From the IMG/VR virus record IMGVR_UViG_3300008963_000001, positions 32,001 through 96,000 of that record: a stretch of DNA of 64,000 nucleotides; one strand, written 5' to 3'. Of this stretch, positions 19,368 through 29,253 are shown piece after piece. Position 1 is the first letter of the stretch. Each line of letters begins with the position of its first letter. The notes beneath the pieces were generated by a model. The model was given only the letters and a program-made list of their open reading frames with translations. It ran no database searches and was not told the origin of the DNA. The position numbers were made by a program, and so were the translations under genes. Origin of the DNA: a virus.

Positions 19368-22300
19368 TAGTAAGTGCTTCCTCCGGTAGTGCTAGATCCA
19401 GTCATTGTACTATTCAAATCAGTAATAGAAGAAGTTACAGTAGTTGATATTTGACTAGAACTCTGTGCTGTTGTATCGCCTTCGTTGCCCAGCACAGTGT
19501 TGTTAATGCTGGTAACTATTTCTACTGTGTCGACTGTTGCGCCACTTATAAAGATTTCGTTTGGTGCGCTTTGTATTTCAAACAAGCTTCCAAATGCTTC
19601 ACCTGCTTGCTTGCTTACAATTGTAAAGTTACTTATAAAAGGCGCTAGCTGATTAAAAATATATGTATTCATTTCACTTACATAAAATCTATCGCCAAAG
19701 TCCCAATTGTTAATATCAAAAAACGCGTTTACAGCATTAATAATTCTAACTTTTAGATCATTGTCGCTTATTCTCTGCTCTGGATTCTTTACAACAAGGA
19801 ATCGAGCTTGAAGTTCTGGCTCAGCGTCTTTGCCAAAAAGCACTTTATATGCAACAGGATGATAAACAATTTCGTCAGAAATGCTCTTGATATTGTTAAG
19901 CTGTTGTCCAAACTGTATTCTTAATTCGTCTGTGGTAGGCAATTCGGGCTTTGTTGCAGTACCGTTGATATAGTTTCTAAATTGAGTGTCGTAAGAACGT
20001 GTTAAAATAAACAGGTCTATGATATTGCTGACGCTGGGGTCAATTCTTCTTTCTTCGCTTGCATTGTGAATGTATTCAAATCTTATGCCATCTCGGCCGT
20101 AGACTGCTTTAAATTCAGGCCTAAGAATCAGCGTGTTTGTATTTCTATCAACCTGTTTGACTCTATTTTGATTTACGTCATAAAAATAAATCAGCTGTCC
20201 GTTTTCTTCAGAGTTGATATCGACATCCTCTTCTGACTCTAAAATTTTAAATAGTGTAGGATCTTGATATTCAAAGCTAGTAGATCCGTACTCGTCAATT
20301 TCTCTTTTAAATATTAAGAAATTCAATTCCGAGTCTGCGCCTGCAATTTGCTCAAACGAATCTGGGTTGTCGATAACACCGTCTTGATCTTTGTCGCTAA
20401 ATGCAAGCTTGATTTCTTTGGTGCTTTCGTAACCGTCTGCAAATTTAATTGTGTCGCTTATTTCAAAATCTATATCGTTCACAAGCGGGGTTGTAAAATC
20501 ACTACCGGTATTAATACCTAGAACACTAACGGTATCTTTAACAACTTCGCCGGTGCGTGAATTATAGGATCTATCTGTGCTGTCAAAATAGAATCGATTT
20601 TGATTTAAGCTTCCGAATACATAGTCTAATTTTCTAATTCTTACTTCATACCTGTCAGCTTTCTGTACAAATGCTACAAACCAGCTAGAGTCTAAAGAAT
20701 TGTTACTTGTGTCTCCGGCAGACCCCAAATTAAAATCATCTATCAAATTTAAATTTGATTCCTCTACGAGATTCCAAGTGGCCGTGTTGTTGTCGTACCG
20801 AATACCAAAATCAAAACCCTGTAGTATTTGATTTATCATTTCATTTTCAAAACCTAATGGAAGGTTCTGAACAAATTTTGGTATAATTCGCTCCGCAATT
20901 GCGCCTGTAGGGATGCTGTCGCTGAACCTAATCGGTCCTAACCCACTTTCAAGTGTTCCGCGGCCAGCTACGGTACCGTCTCCAGATACACTTACTACCT
21001 TGGTCCATAGAGAATCACTAGACCCTTCGTGATCCGCTGGTCCGGGCATTAGTGTTCCTGCAGGATAGTCTAAATGATCCGCAACTGTTTTTGTCATAAA
21101 ATGAAAACCTGCAGGCGCTTTAAACTTGATCAAAGCATTCGGAGTTACGTATTTTAAAGCACTTGTAGAAAAAGTTCCTACTTGTAATAGCCTAGAATCT
21201 ATCCCGCTTTCAAAATACCCAGTGCTAGACCCGTCATCGTTTGTAATCTGTTGCCAGAGCGAATTGTCGTCTGCAAATAGTATTTTTGGATAATTTGTAA
21301 AATAAAAATTATAAGTGCCGACGTCTTCGAGCTCTGGTTCGATTTCTTGTCTGATAAAATTGATAACTTCATTTCGATTTGTAAAAGTAAGTGTTTTGCT
21401 TATTTCTTTGTTTTCTTTATAGATATATCCGTCAGAAGCAAACAATCTTACATCGCTGTATTTGCCTGTTGCATCTACAATATCAAAGTTTCTGCTGATG
21501 CCGCTCGAAGTTCTATTAACACTTCTTACTTTTAATATATTTTGGCTCGATGTTAAGGGAGCAAGGTTATAATCTTCTCCAGTAATCATTCTGTTTTGAG
21601 TATAATAACTCGCCGGAGCTCGGGTTCGAATACTGTCAATACTTTCAGATGCAGAAGCATTGTTGATACTAGATTGCAAGGCAAGACCTACTGTAAGTGT
21701 GTGCCTTACTCCGTTAGAATTAAAATAATCAAAAGAAATATTAATTCCTTTCATTTCATTAGGAGCAATTGTATATTCTATACCGTTGCTCACTCTATAA
21801 AAGATTCTAAACGGACCTCTTGGGAGATTTCCATACACGCCATCTGCAAACTGTAGTCTTATTCTGTCGTTTTCTCTAGTTTCGACCGCGTAAATATTTC
21901 TAACGTTGTTTTCGATACTGTTAAATGCAATATTATTCCCGCTGAGATTATTAACCTGCGTCCATTCTTGCGTTTGCACAGCGTTGGCATCTAAGGAATA
22001 TAACCAAACGTCGTTGTCGTTGATATTTTGAGCATCTACATCAACAGTTTCGTTAGTTGTGGGCGTGTCGATAGTAAAATCCGCTGTTTCTAAACTTCCT
22101 TGTTTAAAAAGAAGATAAAAACCAGTATTAGCACTGCCAGGACCTCTGCCGTCTTGTCTGTATACAAAGCCCAATTGATTGCCGGGCACAGGCGCTTCTT
22201 CATATAAAAATTCTCTGTTTTGAAAGCTAGTGCTTAAGATTTCAAAACTCATGTTCCTGCCGGCTACTGTCTTGTCAAAGCTGAATACAGGCACATCAGT

Positions 22301-22879
22301 TGATGCTGATCTAAATCTATACTGTTCTGTAGGTATTCCTTGTATAGTTGCATTCCCTTGACTTCGACCAAACTGAGTGTTGTCTGCCATTGCAGAATTT
22401 AGGATAGTTAAAAACTGTTCTGACCAGTTTTCGTTGGTGGGGTCGTTCCAAGATATAACCTGTTGTGCTAGGTTTCTGCCGTTGCTGTCGAACACTGCTT
22501 CTGTTGTGCTCACAGTAGTAAATTTAAGCAGTCCTTCCGACGGTGTGTTGCGAGATGCTTTGTAACTAAGCATTTTGGCAATGCGTAGCACACTCTCTTT
22601 GCGTTCTGCCAGTTCGATAAAATTTTCTCGGCTGGCTAGATCTATTCTAAAAGACAGGCTTTGGCCTAGAAACGCAATTGCATCGATCAGTGCAAGATAT
22701 TCTGAGCTCTCTATATAATCGTTAAAATCTTCGGGATAATTTTCTCTGAGATAGGTTATAATAACTCGACGTAGATTTTCAAAATCATAGGATTTGAAAT
22801 CTGCATTTTTAAAAGTTTGATAGATTCTAGTCCAATCTTCATTGAGAATAAGATTGTTTTGTCTTTCAGTAGTGCTCAT
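19367..22879 (-). CDS. gp6: Baseplate wedge subunit, T4 gp6-like (1170 aa)
   Basis: N-terminus 'DFENLRRVIITYLRE...DFNDYIESSEYLALIDAIAFLG...ENFIELAERKESVLRIAKMLSY' and internal 'QNRMITGEDY' are typical of gp6. Located after gp25. Confidence 0.85.
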   Translation of the reverse strand: MSTTERQNNLILNEDWTRIYQTFKNADFKSYDFENLRRVIITYLRENYPEDFNDYIESSEYLALIDAIAFLGQSLSFRIDLASRENFIELAERKESVLRIAKMLSYKASRNTPSEGLLKFTTVSTTEAVFDSNGRNLAQQVISWNDPTNENWSEQFLTILNSAMADNTQFGRSQGNATIQGIPTEQYRFRSASTDVPVFSFDKTVAGRNMSFEILSTSFQNREFLYEEAPVPGNQLGFVYRQDGRGPGSANTGFYLLFKQGSLETADFTIDTPTTNETVDVDAQNINDNDVWLYSLDANAVQTQEWTQVNNLSGNNIAFNSIENNVRNIYAVETRENDRIRLQFADGVYGNLPRGPFRIFYRVSNGIEYTIAPNEMKGINISFDYFNSNGVRHTLTVGLALQSSINNASASESIDSIRTRAPASYYTQNRMITGEDYNLAPLTSSQNILKVRSVNRTSSGISRNFDIVDATGKYSDVRLFASDGYIYKENKEISKTLTFTNRNEVINFIRQEIEPELEDVGTYNFYFTNYPKILFADDNSLWQQITNDDGSSTGYFESGIDSRLLQVGTFSTSALKYVTPNALIKFKAPAGFHFMTKTVADHLDYPAGTLMPGPADHEGSSDSLWTKVVSVSGDGTVAGRGTLESGLGPIRFSDSIPTGAIAERIIPKFVQNLPLGFENEMINQILQGFDFGIRYDNNTATWNLVEESNLNLIDDFNLGSAGDTSNNSLDSSWFVAFVQKADRYEVRIRKLDYVFGSLNQNRFYFDSTDRSYNSRTGEVVKDTVSVLGINTGSDFTTPLVNDIDFEISDTIKFADGYESTKEIKLAFSDKDQDGVIDNPDSFEQIAGADSELNFLIFKREIDEYGSTSFEYQDPTLFKILESEEDVDINSEENGQLIYFYDVNQNRVKQVDRNTNTLILRPEFKAVYGRDGIRFEYIHNASEERRIDPSVSNIIDLFILTRSYDTQFRNYINGTATKPELPTTDELRIQFGQQLNNIKSISDEIVYHPVAYKVLFGKDAEPELQARFLVVKNPEQRISDNDLKVRIINAVNAFFDINNWDFGDRFYVSEMNTYIFNQLAPFISNFTIVSKQAGEAFGSLFEIQSAPNEIFISGATVDTVEIVTSINNTVLGNEGDTTAQSSSQISTTVTSSITDLNSTMTGSSTTGGSTY

Positions 22880-22895
22880 AATACCGTCCTATATG

Positions 22896-22903
22896 GTATT
22901 TAC
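22896..22903 (-). promoter_or_regulatory. Late promoter-like motif upstream of gp6
   Basis: GTAAATAC on the minus strand, 16 nt upstream of ATG 22879. Confidence 0.5.
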
Positions 22904-22920
22904 CTTACGTAGTTAAATGC

Positions 22921-23358
22921 TTAGTTTATGATAGAGTTATTTCTATCAAAGTTAAAGGTCATGCGCTCGTTTACATTAAAGGGTATGTAAAGTAATTCCG
23001 CTTCTATTCTAATGCCCTGCTGAGTGCTGTCGATCGTCAATTGTCGCACTGACACTCTTGGATCATAATTGATTATAGCTTCGACATCTTTTGAGATAGC
23101 TTCTTTGGTTTCTTCGGTAAATTGATCGAATAACAAGTCCCAAATAATTGTTCCGAACTCTGGATTTTCTAATTTTTCGCCTTTGCGAATATAAAAATGA
23201 TTGATTATGTCCTGCTTAACTAGATCTATATCGTAGAGTTTAAAACCGCGGTCTTTGCTCTTGCTGCTAAATCCTTTGTAGGTCTGAGTAAAGGGACTCT
23301 CGTCGCCTACACTTACTGAATTTTGTCCTACTTTTTTGGTATTAAAAAGTGTTGCCAT
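22921..23358 (-). CDS. gp25: Baseplate wedge subunit, gp25/GPW family (145 aa)
   Basis: 'LVKQDIINHFYIRKGEKLENPEFGTIIWDLLF...IINYDPRV' matches the gp25 signature. Confidence 0.9.
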   Translation of the reverse strand: MATLFNTKKVGQNSVSVGDESPFTQTYKGFSSKSKDRGFKLYDIDLVKQDIINHFYIRKGEKLENPEFGTIIWDLLFDQFTEETKEAISKDVEAIINYDPRVSVRQLTIDSTQQGIRIEAELLYIPFNVNERMTFNFDRNNSIIN

Positions 23359-25043
23359 TATTTTTCTCTATCTGTGCTAGCGGGCTTTAGAAATTCTGGA
23401 GCTAGATTTTCATGCAGTGCCCACGGCTCGTGCATCGGAATGCGTTTCATAATACTATTTAATGTAAAAGTTTCTTGGTATTTTGAGGCGGCATATGTTA
23501 GAGATCCGTTTGTTACCGAATTTTCGTGTGTTATTAGATCTGTAACCACACCAGCGACGCCAGCTTGAGCCGCAGGCGGGCCGTTCATATCTATTTTAGG
23601 TGCTGTTTCTGTGTGATTACCTGCTATGCTTAAAATGTCTGTGTTTTGTGAGGCTGTAAACAAATTGTCTCCGTCGGTGTAGAGTTCAAACTTGTAGGCC
23701 GGCTGAACCGAGCCTTGTCCTGCCGCAACAGAAATATTGCCTTTGACGTTAACAGCGAGATTTCCATCTACAGGCGTGTCGTTTGCGTCTAGATATTGTC
23801 TTGTTTCAATTCTACCGTTTGCGCCTATTAGAATATTGGTATTGTAGGCGCTTTCAATCTGAACTCTGCCTGACTCGAGGTCTTCTGAATCTCTTATTCG
23901 TCCTTTGTCGTCGCTAGGTTCGGTTTTGCTGTACTCTGCGCTGGCTTTGATGTTTACGTTTCTACCAGCCTCCATGTTTATGTCTCTGTCTGCATATAGA
24001 TTTAAATCGTTTTGCGAATGCACAGACACACTGTCGTTGGCAAATATATCAATTTTTCCATCGGACGACATTTCAATCCAGCTGGTGCCGCGCGAATTTC
24101 CTAAATAAATTAAATCTTCAGAATTATGGAACAGCAATTGGTGGCCTGTTCTTGTTCTTATTCTTGTGTATTCGTCGGCAGGTATAGTAGGATCGCCCTG
24201 TTCTCCATTTTGAGTGTCTGCATATGCGTTGCCTTCTCCTATCTGGCTGGCTGGCGCCCTGCGCTGAAATCTGTCATCGCCGTCGTCAATTACAAATTGT
24301 GTTCCTCCTAGCCTGCTTACAGGAACAGGGTTAGGAGTTCTATTGAGCGTATCGCCTCTTACCGCACGTTTGGCACCGTTGCGTCTATCTAGCGGCCCGG
24401 GCGTAGAAATACCATAAACACTGTTGGGCGGTACTCTGCGAGAAGTTGTTGTGGTCACTCCCCTCGAATAATCTTCTATAAGTCCCTGCTCGAGGAACCT
24501 ATCTGCAATAGGATGCACAGGCTTTTGAACTTTATCTTCGTCTTTGATGCGATCCTGTTGACCATTGAGTCTTCGATTTATTTCGCCTACAGGCAAAGGC
24601 CCTGTAGTGCCGTATTTTTGTTGGTCTTCAGGTGTAAGCGCAACTTGATCAGTTGCTCCGATTGCAGGAACCATTCTGTGTGCAAACCTAGGCGGAATGC
24701 AACCCAGCCAGTAGCCCTGTGCAGGATCGTCATTAACAAAAACCACTAAAACATCAGTGCCTACATCTGGCGGCACAAACCACATGCCATATGATTTCTG
24801 TGTATCGTTAAAATCTTCTAGATTATTGCCTTGATGTTCGTAGGCTGTATTGCCAAAAAAAGGAAATGCAGGTCTAACAACATAAGGAACCTCGCCTTGT
24901 TTGTTGCCTTGATCTCTATATAGTGTGACCTGAAGAGCTCCTCCTAGAGTAGGATCTGCGTGTCCTATTATTCTAGCTGTTTGTATGCCGCTTAGTTTAG
25001 ACTGTGTCGTCTGATTATACGGTCTTCTTTTTTCTATGCTCAT
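23358..25043 (-). CDS. gp5: Baseplate central spike, gp5/VgrG-like, without a recognisable lysozyme domain (561 aa)
   Basis: OB-fold motif 'YGMWFVPPDVGTDVLVVF...GYWLGC', then 'RIRTRTGHQLLFHNSE...IEMSSDGKIDIF' and short beta-strand repeats. Lies between the hub and gp25. Confidence 0.85.
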   Translation of the reverse strand: MSIEKRRPYNQTTQSKLSGIQTARIIGHADPTLGGALQVTLYRDQGNKQGEVPYVVRPAFPFFGNTAYEHQGNNLEDFNDTQKSYGMWFVPPDVGTDVLVVFVNDDPAQGYWLGCIPPRFAHRMVPAIGATDQVALTPEDQQKYGTTGPLPVGEINRRLNGQQDRIKDEDKVQKPVHPIADRFLEQGLIEDYSRGVTTTTSRRVPPNSVYGISTPGPLDRRNGAKRAVRGDTLNRTPNPVPVSRLGGTQFVIDDGDDRFQRRAPASQIGEGNAYADTQNGEQGDPTIPADEYTRIRTRTGHQLLFHNSEDLIYLGNSRGTSWIEMSSDGKIDIFANDSVSVHSQNDLNLYADRDINMEAGRNVNIKASAEYSKTEPSDDKGRIRDSEDLESGRVQIESAYNTNILIGANGRIETRQYLDANDTPVDGNLAVNVKGNISVAAGQGSVQPAYKFELYTDGDNLFTASQNTDILSIAGNHTETAPKIDMNGPPAAQAGVAGVVTDLITHENSVTNGSLTYAASKYQETFTLNSIMKRIPMHEPWALHENLAPEFLKPASTDREK

Positions 25044-25086
25044 CTATTTCTCTTTAGGTGTAGTCTGTAATTTTTTTATTGTCACA

Positions 25087-27711
25087 TTAAAACGTGGAAT
25101 AAGAAGAAGAATTATTATTATTTCTATTTTCTAAATCAGCCGGATTTTCCTGCGGTTTTCTTTGCACAGTGGTTTGTGTTGCCAATTGATTATCTTGATC
25201 TATGTCAAGCGGCTGGTTATCAAAGTCTACACTTTGTCCTGGCATTCTAAGACATGTTAGGTTTTGTTTAAAGATTCCTTCTTCGAACGTGTTTTCTACG
25301 ATTACTACTTTGTAAATCCCGCTGAACGGGCTTTCCTGACCCTGCGTGGGAAATTTATATAAGCCTGTGTTTGTGTCTACGTCCGCTGGGGTTCTAAAAG
25401 TAATGTAAATGAAAACGTCTTGGCCTTCATAGTTCATCGAGCCGTCCTGTAGAATCTGTTCTGTGATTCCAGTGGCACTAAAATAGTTTGCTAGGCCGCT
25501 GGTAGAAAGATAGTAAGGATCACCCAGTATTTCCAAGTTGACTTTAATTAAATCCTGACTCGAACCTTCGATAAATGCTTGGTGAAATGCATCGGCAACT
25601 TGTTTTTCAGTGCTGGTTGTTCCGGTGCCGCCTTTGATAGACAAGTCTATTGGTTTTGGTCGTAACCTTCCTGTACCCAAGCTTGCGGCTTGCGCTCTAT
25701 CGTCGCCGCCACGGGGAGTTTCGGTCTCTACAGGCGGATCTTCTGCAATTCCTTGTTGATTGGGGTTGGCTTCGGACGTAGTATCTGCTTCGGGCGAAGG
25801 ATTGTTACCTACATAGAATAAATTGTTGATTTGAACGTCAAATTTTAATATATCTGTGTTTTGTCCTGTGTAGATATAATTGTAGCCTTTTACAATTTTT
25901 TCTTGTAGTTTTTCGTATCCAATGCCTGGTGTAGAAGGATTAGAAAACACACTTTGATGGACCAAAAACGGAACTACACGATATGTTATTTTTCTAGCAT
26001 AGTCTGCAATTAGAGGATCATAGTCTAAAAATTCTATTTGTACATCTAGTCTAAACCATCTTATAAAACCATCTACAGTATTGTCTGGATTGATTGCATC
26101 AGCTGCATATTTGCTGCTTAGAACAACTTTTGTGATAATATCGGTCAGAGTTTGCTTTTGAGTAAACTGAAAGGTTCGGTTTTTTGGATCGATGACCATT
26201 TTATCTCGTATCAATCTACCCTCTTCGTCTGTTACTTCGTCTTCTCTTCTAAAAGCAAAATTTCCTCCGTCTGACTGATCGAAACCAAAATCGCTTTGAC
26301 CTATTTCGTTCTTTCCAAAATCTGTTATCACAGGCGCATTTGTAGAAGATATCGTTCTCTGAGGCTGTCTTCTTACCGACTGTGTAGCGGAACGCTCGTT
26401 GGGAGATTCTGCTCTAATAAAATCGTTTGATTGTTCTGGAAATTGTACTTCATAGACATCAGGCACAGATATTCTACCTGCTTCGACTAAACGTTTTTCG
26501 TTTCGATTTAGAACAGAACAAAGACTGCGAGGATTTTTTGGGTCTACCAGTACTTCTTTGACCGTTCCTTCTGTGCTGGCTTCGAGGTTAATGTCTGTAA
26601 ACAAGGTGTTTATAGTGTCTCCGAATCCTGCATGATTGTACGGAATTCCTTTGACATTATATCTGCTTCCAGACTCGTCAACATTGAAATCTACATTTGT
26701 TAGACGCATTACAAAATACTTAGAGCTCACACTTTCGAATGCTTCGCCTGACTCTGAAAAGCCTTGAAAATCCAACTTTAATAGATACGGAGCATTATCT
26801 AAATAGTTTGCATAGCCTGCTTTAATAGCGGCATTTTGCATGCTTTGTAGCAACAGTCCCATGCTGTAAGGTTCGAGAATTTCGAAACTAAAGCTAACAG
26901 CGTTTTGGTTTCCGCTCTGCGTGTTTGCAGAAGTAAGCACTTTCATTTGAAAGTTATCGACAAAATATTCTGGTGCAACTTCCCCAAAAATTCCAGTTCT
27001 ATCTGCGTCGAATCTACCCGCGCTCGAAAAAACAACCGTAGAACTGTTGCTTTCACCTGAAATTTCGTTGTCAAACTCTGCTCCGGCGAAGTTATTATTA
27101 TTTCTATAGAGTTCTGGGTTGTTGAACTGTTCTGGCGTTAAACAGGCCATTGTCCATAAAGGTGCGTATGAAGCAAAATCTTCCAACTGATTTCTCTGTA
27201 GTCGAGGCAGATTAGCTGTCAGCTTAGTAGATGTTGTATTAGGATCTGATCTTGTAGGCTCGGTTTCTTTTTGTTGGCCGTTTCCGGAGACGACATTGGC
27301 AGACGCTCCCGGCTCGCTTTCACCGGTCGAAACTGATGCATTACCTTTGTTAACTTTTAAGCCGCTAGTGGACTGGGTTACTGCTGAGCCGTCGGGCTTG
27401 CTTGCCGGGAGGTTTCTCCCTGATCTTGCTTCCGCTTTTGCCCTAGATCTTGCTTCTGATTCATCAGATGTATTTCGTTGAGCTAGCTCTGCTCGAAGTC
27501 GGTCGGCTTGCCTTTGAGCTGAGCGGCTTAGACCACGAAAGTCGTTTGCTAACCACTCTGCTCTCTCTATTTGCTCACTAGGTGCGCCGCGAGCCCGCAA
27601 AGACCTGGCTGTTTGCGCAAAGTCTTCTGCATCTCTTGCTTTGCCTCTAGCATTTCTCTCATTTGATTCGATCCGAGCAAGTAAATCTTCTGTTCCTTCT
27701 TGTTCGGCCAC
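25087..27711 (-). CDS. Baseplate hub protein, gp27/gpD-like (874 aa, GTG start)
   Basis: Position between gp53-like and gp5. C-terminal 'VNLEILGDPYYL...FSGIYKVVIVENTFEEGIFKQNLTCLR' is typical of hub proteins. Confidence 0.7.
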   Translation of the reverse strand: MAEQEGTEDLLARIESNERNARGKARDAEDFAQTARSLRARGAPSEQIERAEWLANDFRGLSRSAQRQADRLRAELAQRNTSDESEARSRAKAEARSGRNLPASKPDGSAVTQSTSGLKVNKGNASVSTGESEPGASANVVSGNGQQKETEPTRSDPNTTSTKLTANLPRLQRNQLEDFASYAPLWTMACLTPEQFNNPELYRNNNNFAGAEFDNEISGESNSSTVVFSSAGRFDADRTGIFGEVAPEYFVDNFQMKVLTSANTQSGNQNAVSFSFEILEPYSMGLLLQSMQNAAIKAGYANYLDNAPYLLKLDFQGFSESGEAFESVSSKYFVMRLTNVDFNVDESGSRYNVKGIPYNHAGFGDTINTLFTDINLEASTEGTVKEVLVDPKNPRSLCSVLNRNEKRLVEAGRISVPDVYEVQFPEQSNDFIRAESPNERSATQSVRRQPQRTISSTNAPVITDFGKNEIGQSDFGFDQSDGGNFAFRREDEVTDEEGRLIRDKMVIDPKNRTFQFTQKQTLTDIITKVVLSSKYAADAINPDNTVDGFIRWFRLDVQIEFLDYDPLIADYARKITYRVVPFLVHQSVFSNPSTPGIGYEKLQEKIVKGYNYIYTGQNTDILKFDVQINNLFYVGNNPSPEADTTSEANPNQQGIAEDPPVETETPRGGDDRAQAASLGTGRLRPKPIDLSIKGGTGTTSTEKQVADAFHQAFIEGSSQDLIKVNLEILGDPYYLSTSGLANYFSATGITEQILQDGSMNYEGQDVFIYITFRTPADVDTNTGLYKFPTQGQESPFSGIYKVVIVENTFEEGIFKQNLTCLRMPGQSVDFDNQPLDIDQDNQLATQTTVQRKPQENPADLENRNNNNSSSYSTF

Positions 27712-27712
27712 C

Positions 27713-28012
27713 TTATACTCCTAAAAATCTTTGTAGATTGGATTTTTTTGGTATTTTTATCCTAACACCTGGCTCAAAATCATAGATAGGATCTTTTATA
27801 ACACTCATGTTGCGCTGAACAAACACCCACCATAGTTTGGAATTTCCGTATAGATCGTATGCAAGTAGGTCTGGTCTGTGCCTATACTGGCTTTCGATTG
27901 TGTATTCGAAGTCGTCCGATTCTGATGGTACAGGTCTTATGTTTAACAATTCGAGATATGAACGATTTTGTCTAGTGTCCGAATAAGGACTGTATTTAGA
28001 ATAAGTTGCCAT
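27713..28012 (-). CDS. gp53: Baseplate wedge protein, gp53/LysM-like (99 aa)
   Basis: 'YRHRPDLLAYDLYGNSKLWWVF...N...GVRIKIP' LysM-like motif. Confidence 0.8.
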   Translation of the reverse strand: MATYSKYSPYSDTRQNRSYLELLNIRPVPSESDDFEYTIESQYRHRPDLLAYDLYGNSKLWWVFVQRNMSVIKDPIYDFEPGVRIKIPKKSNLQRFLGV

Positions 28013-29172
28013 TAGATGTATCCTTGACCTGTTCCGCTTGCGCCGGTTGTCATAGAGCCATTAGCATACTCTTGCAAACTAAACTGACGCATTTTGCTTC
28101 TGCTGTAGATCGGCTTGCAAGTAACTGATATACTGCTCAACACAGGGACCCAGGTATTGGTCTTTTCATACTTAACATAGTTAACATCTTCGTTGAGCTG
28201 AACGTTAAAATTAGTAATAACCACAGGCACATTATTAAAGATGCTTGCACCATAACCAGACAGTTGGCAAATTATAGGCGGATTGCCGGCGTTTGTGCTG
28301 GCACCGTAAAACATTTTTGTTGCTGTTTTTAAGAAAGTAGTTGCAGCAATCCAATATTCTGCATCTGTGCTGGTTTCTGCCGAAAATTCCCCTACAATTT
28401 GTATGTCATCTACTTGGCTGCTTTTGTAACCTAGAATTGGATAATTTGTGTGCACGGGATCAATTTGATTGTAGTTTGCTGTAGTAGACACAGTTACCTG
28501 TGGAATATATGGCCAAACTAAGCCTCCCGTGTCTTCTAAACGCTTAAATAACTTGCTGTTAAACTGGTTCCATTGGCAATTGATTTTTACCCTCCAATCA
28601 TTTTTAGGTGTTGCTTTTATTTCTATGGGCTGGCCTGTAGACTGGAAAAGTTCGCCGCCCGCTGGCAGATTTGCGCCTCTTTTAAGGCTGAGTATGTTGT
28701 TGAGAGCACCTGCCGCGCCGGAAATATTGCCTAGTGCGTCTTGCACGCCCGATGCCAAACTGCCTCCGGTGATCTGTTCGAGATTGCCTGCTAGGTCCGA
28801 CGTTATGTTGGATATCGCAGGTACTGCCTCAGATAAAGTGTCTAAACCGGCTGAATCTACTCTGTTCTGCACTGATTCTATGCCAGGCCCGATGCCCCTA
28901 ACGTTCGGCGGGGCACCGCCGCCGAGGCTAGTGTTTGCATCAAACTCACTGATAGCATTGTCTAAATATGATCCCTCAAGAGGCGAAGGTCCTAAACCGC
29001 TGCCTAGTCCGCCTGCTAACTGGTTAGTAAGGCCGTCGACACCTTGCTTGGCAGCTTGCGAGATTTCCGACAACCCTTGGGAAAAACCATCTGTCGCAGA
29101 AGATGCGGCTGCGGATATTTCCGAGGAAACATTCGATACCAGTTTAGCTAGAGGGGAAGTCGATCGTGCCAT
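28012..29172 (-). CDS. Baseplate-tail tube initiator, gp54/gp48-like (386 aa)
   Basis: C-terminal tube-fold domain ('GGLVWPYIPQV...PPIICQLSGYG...FNNVPVVITNFNVQL') after a Gly/Ser/Ala-rich N-terminal half. First gene of the baseplate operon, with GGAGA RBS. Confidence 0.7.
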   Translation of the reverse strand: MARSTSPLAKLVSNVSSEISAAASSATDGFSQGLSEISQAAKQGVDGLTNQLAGGLGSGLGPSPLEGSYLDNAISEFDANTSLGGGAPPNVRGIGPGIESVQNRVDSAGLDTLSEAVPAISNITSDLAGNLEQITGGSLASGVQDALGNISGAAGALNNILSLKRGANLPAGGELFQSTGQPIEIKATPKNDWRVKINCQWNQFNSKLFKRLEDTGGLVWPYIPQVTVSTTANYNQIDPVHTNYPILGYKSSQVDDIQIVGEFSAETSTDAEYWIAATTFLKTATKMFYGASTNAGNPPIICQLSGYGASIFNNVPVVITNFNVQLNEDVNYVKYEKTNTWVPVLSSISVTCKPIYSRSKMRQFSLQEYANGSMTTGASGTGQGYI

Positions 29173-29198
29173 TTTTTTAAAAAATCTCCATATAACTC

Positions 29199-29205
29199 TA
29201 TTTAT
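29199..29205 (-). promoter_or_regulatory. Late promoter for the baseplate operon
   Basis: ATAAATA on the minus strand, upstream of the RBS and ATG 29172. Confidence 0.6.
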
Positions 29206-29253
29206 TTTTAAAATTATGTGCTACTATTATTATATAAGGAGAATATTAACAAC

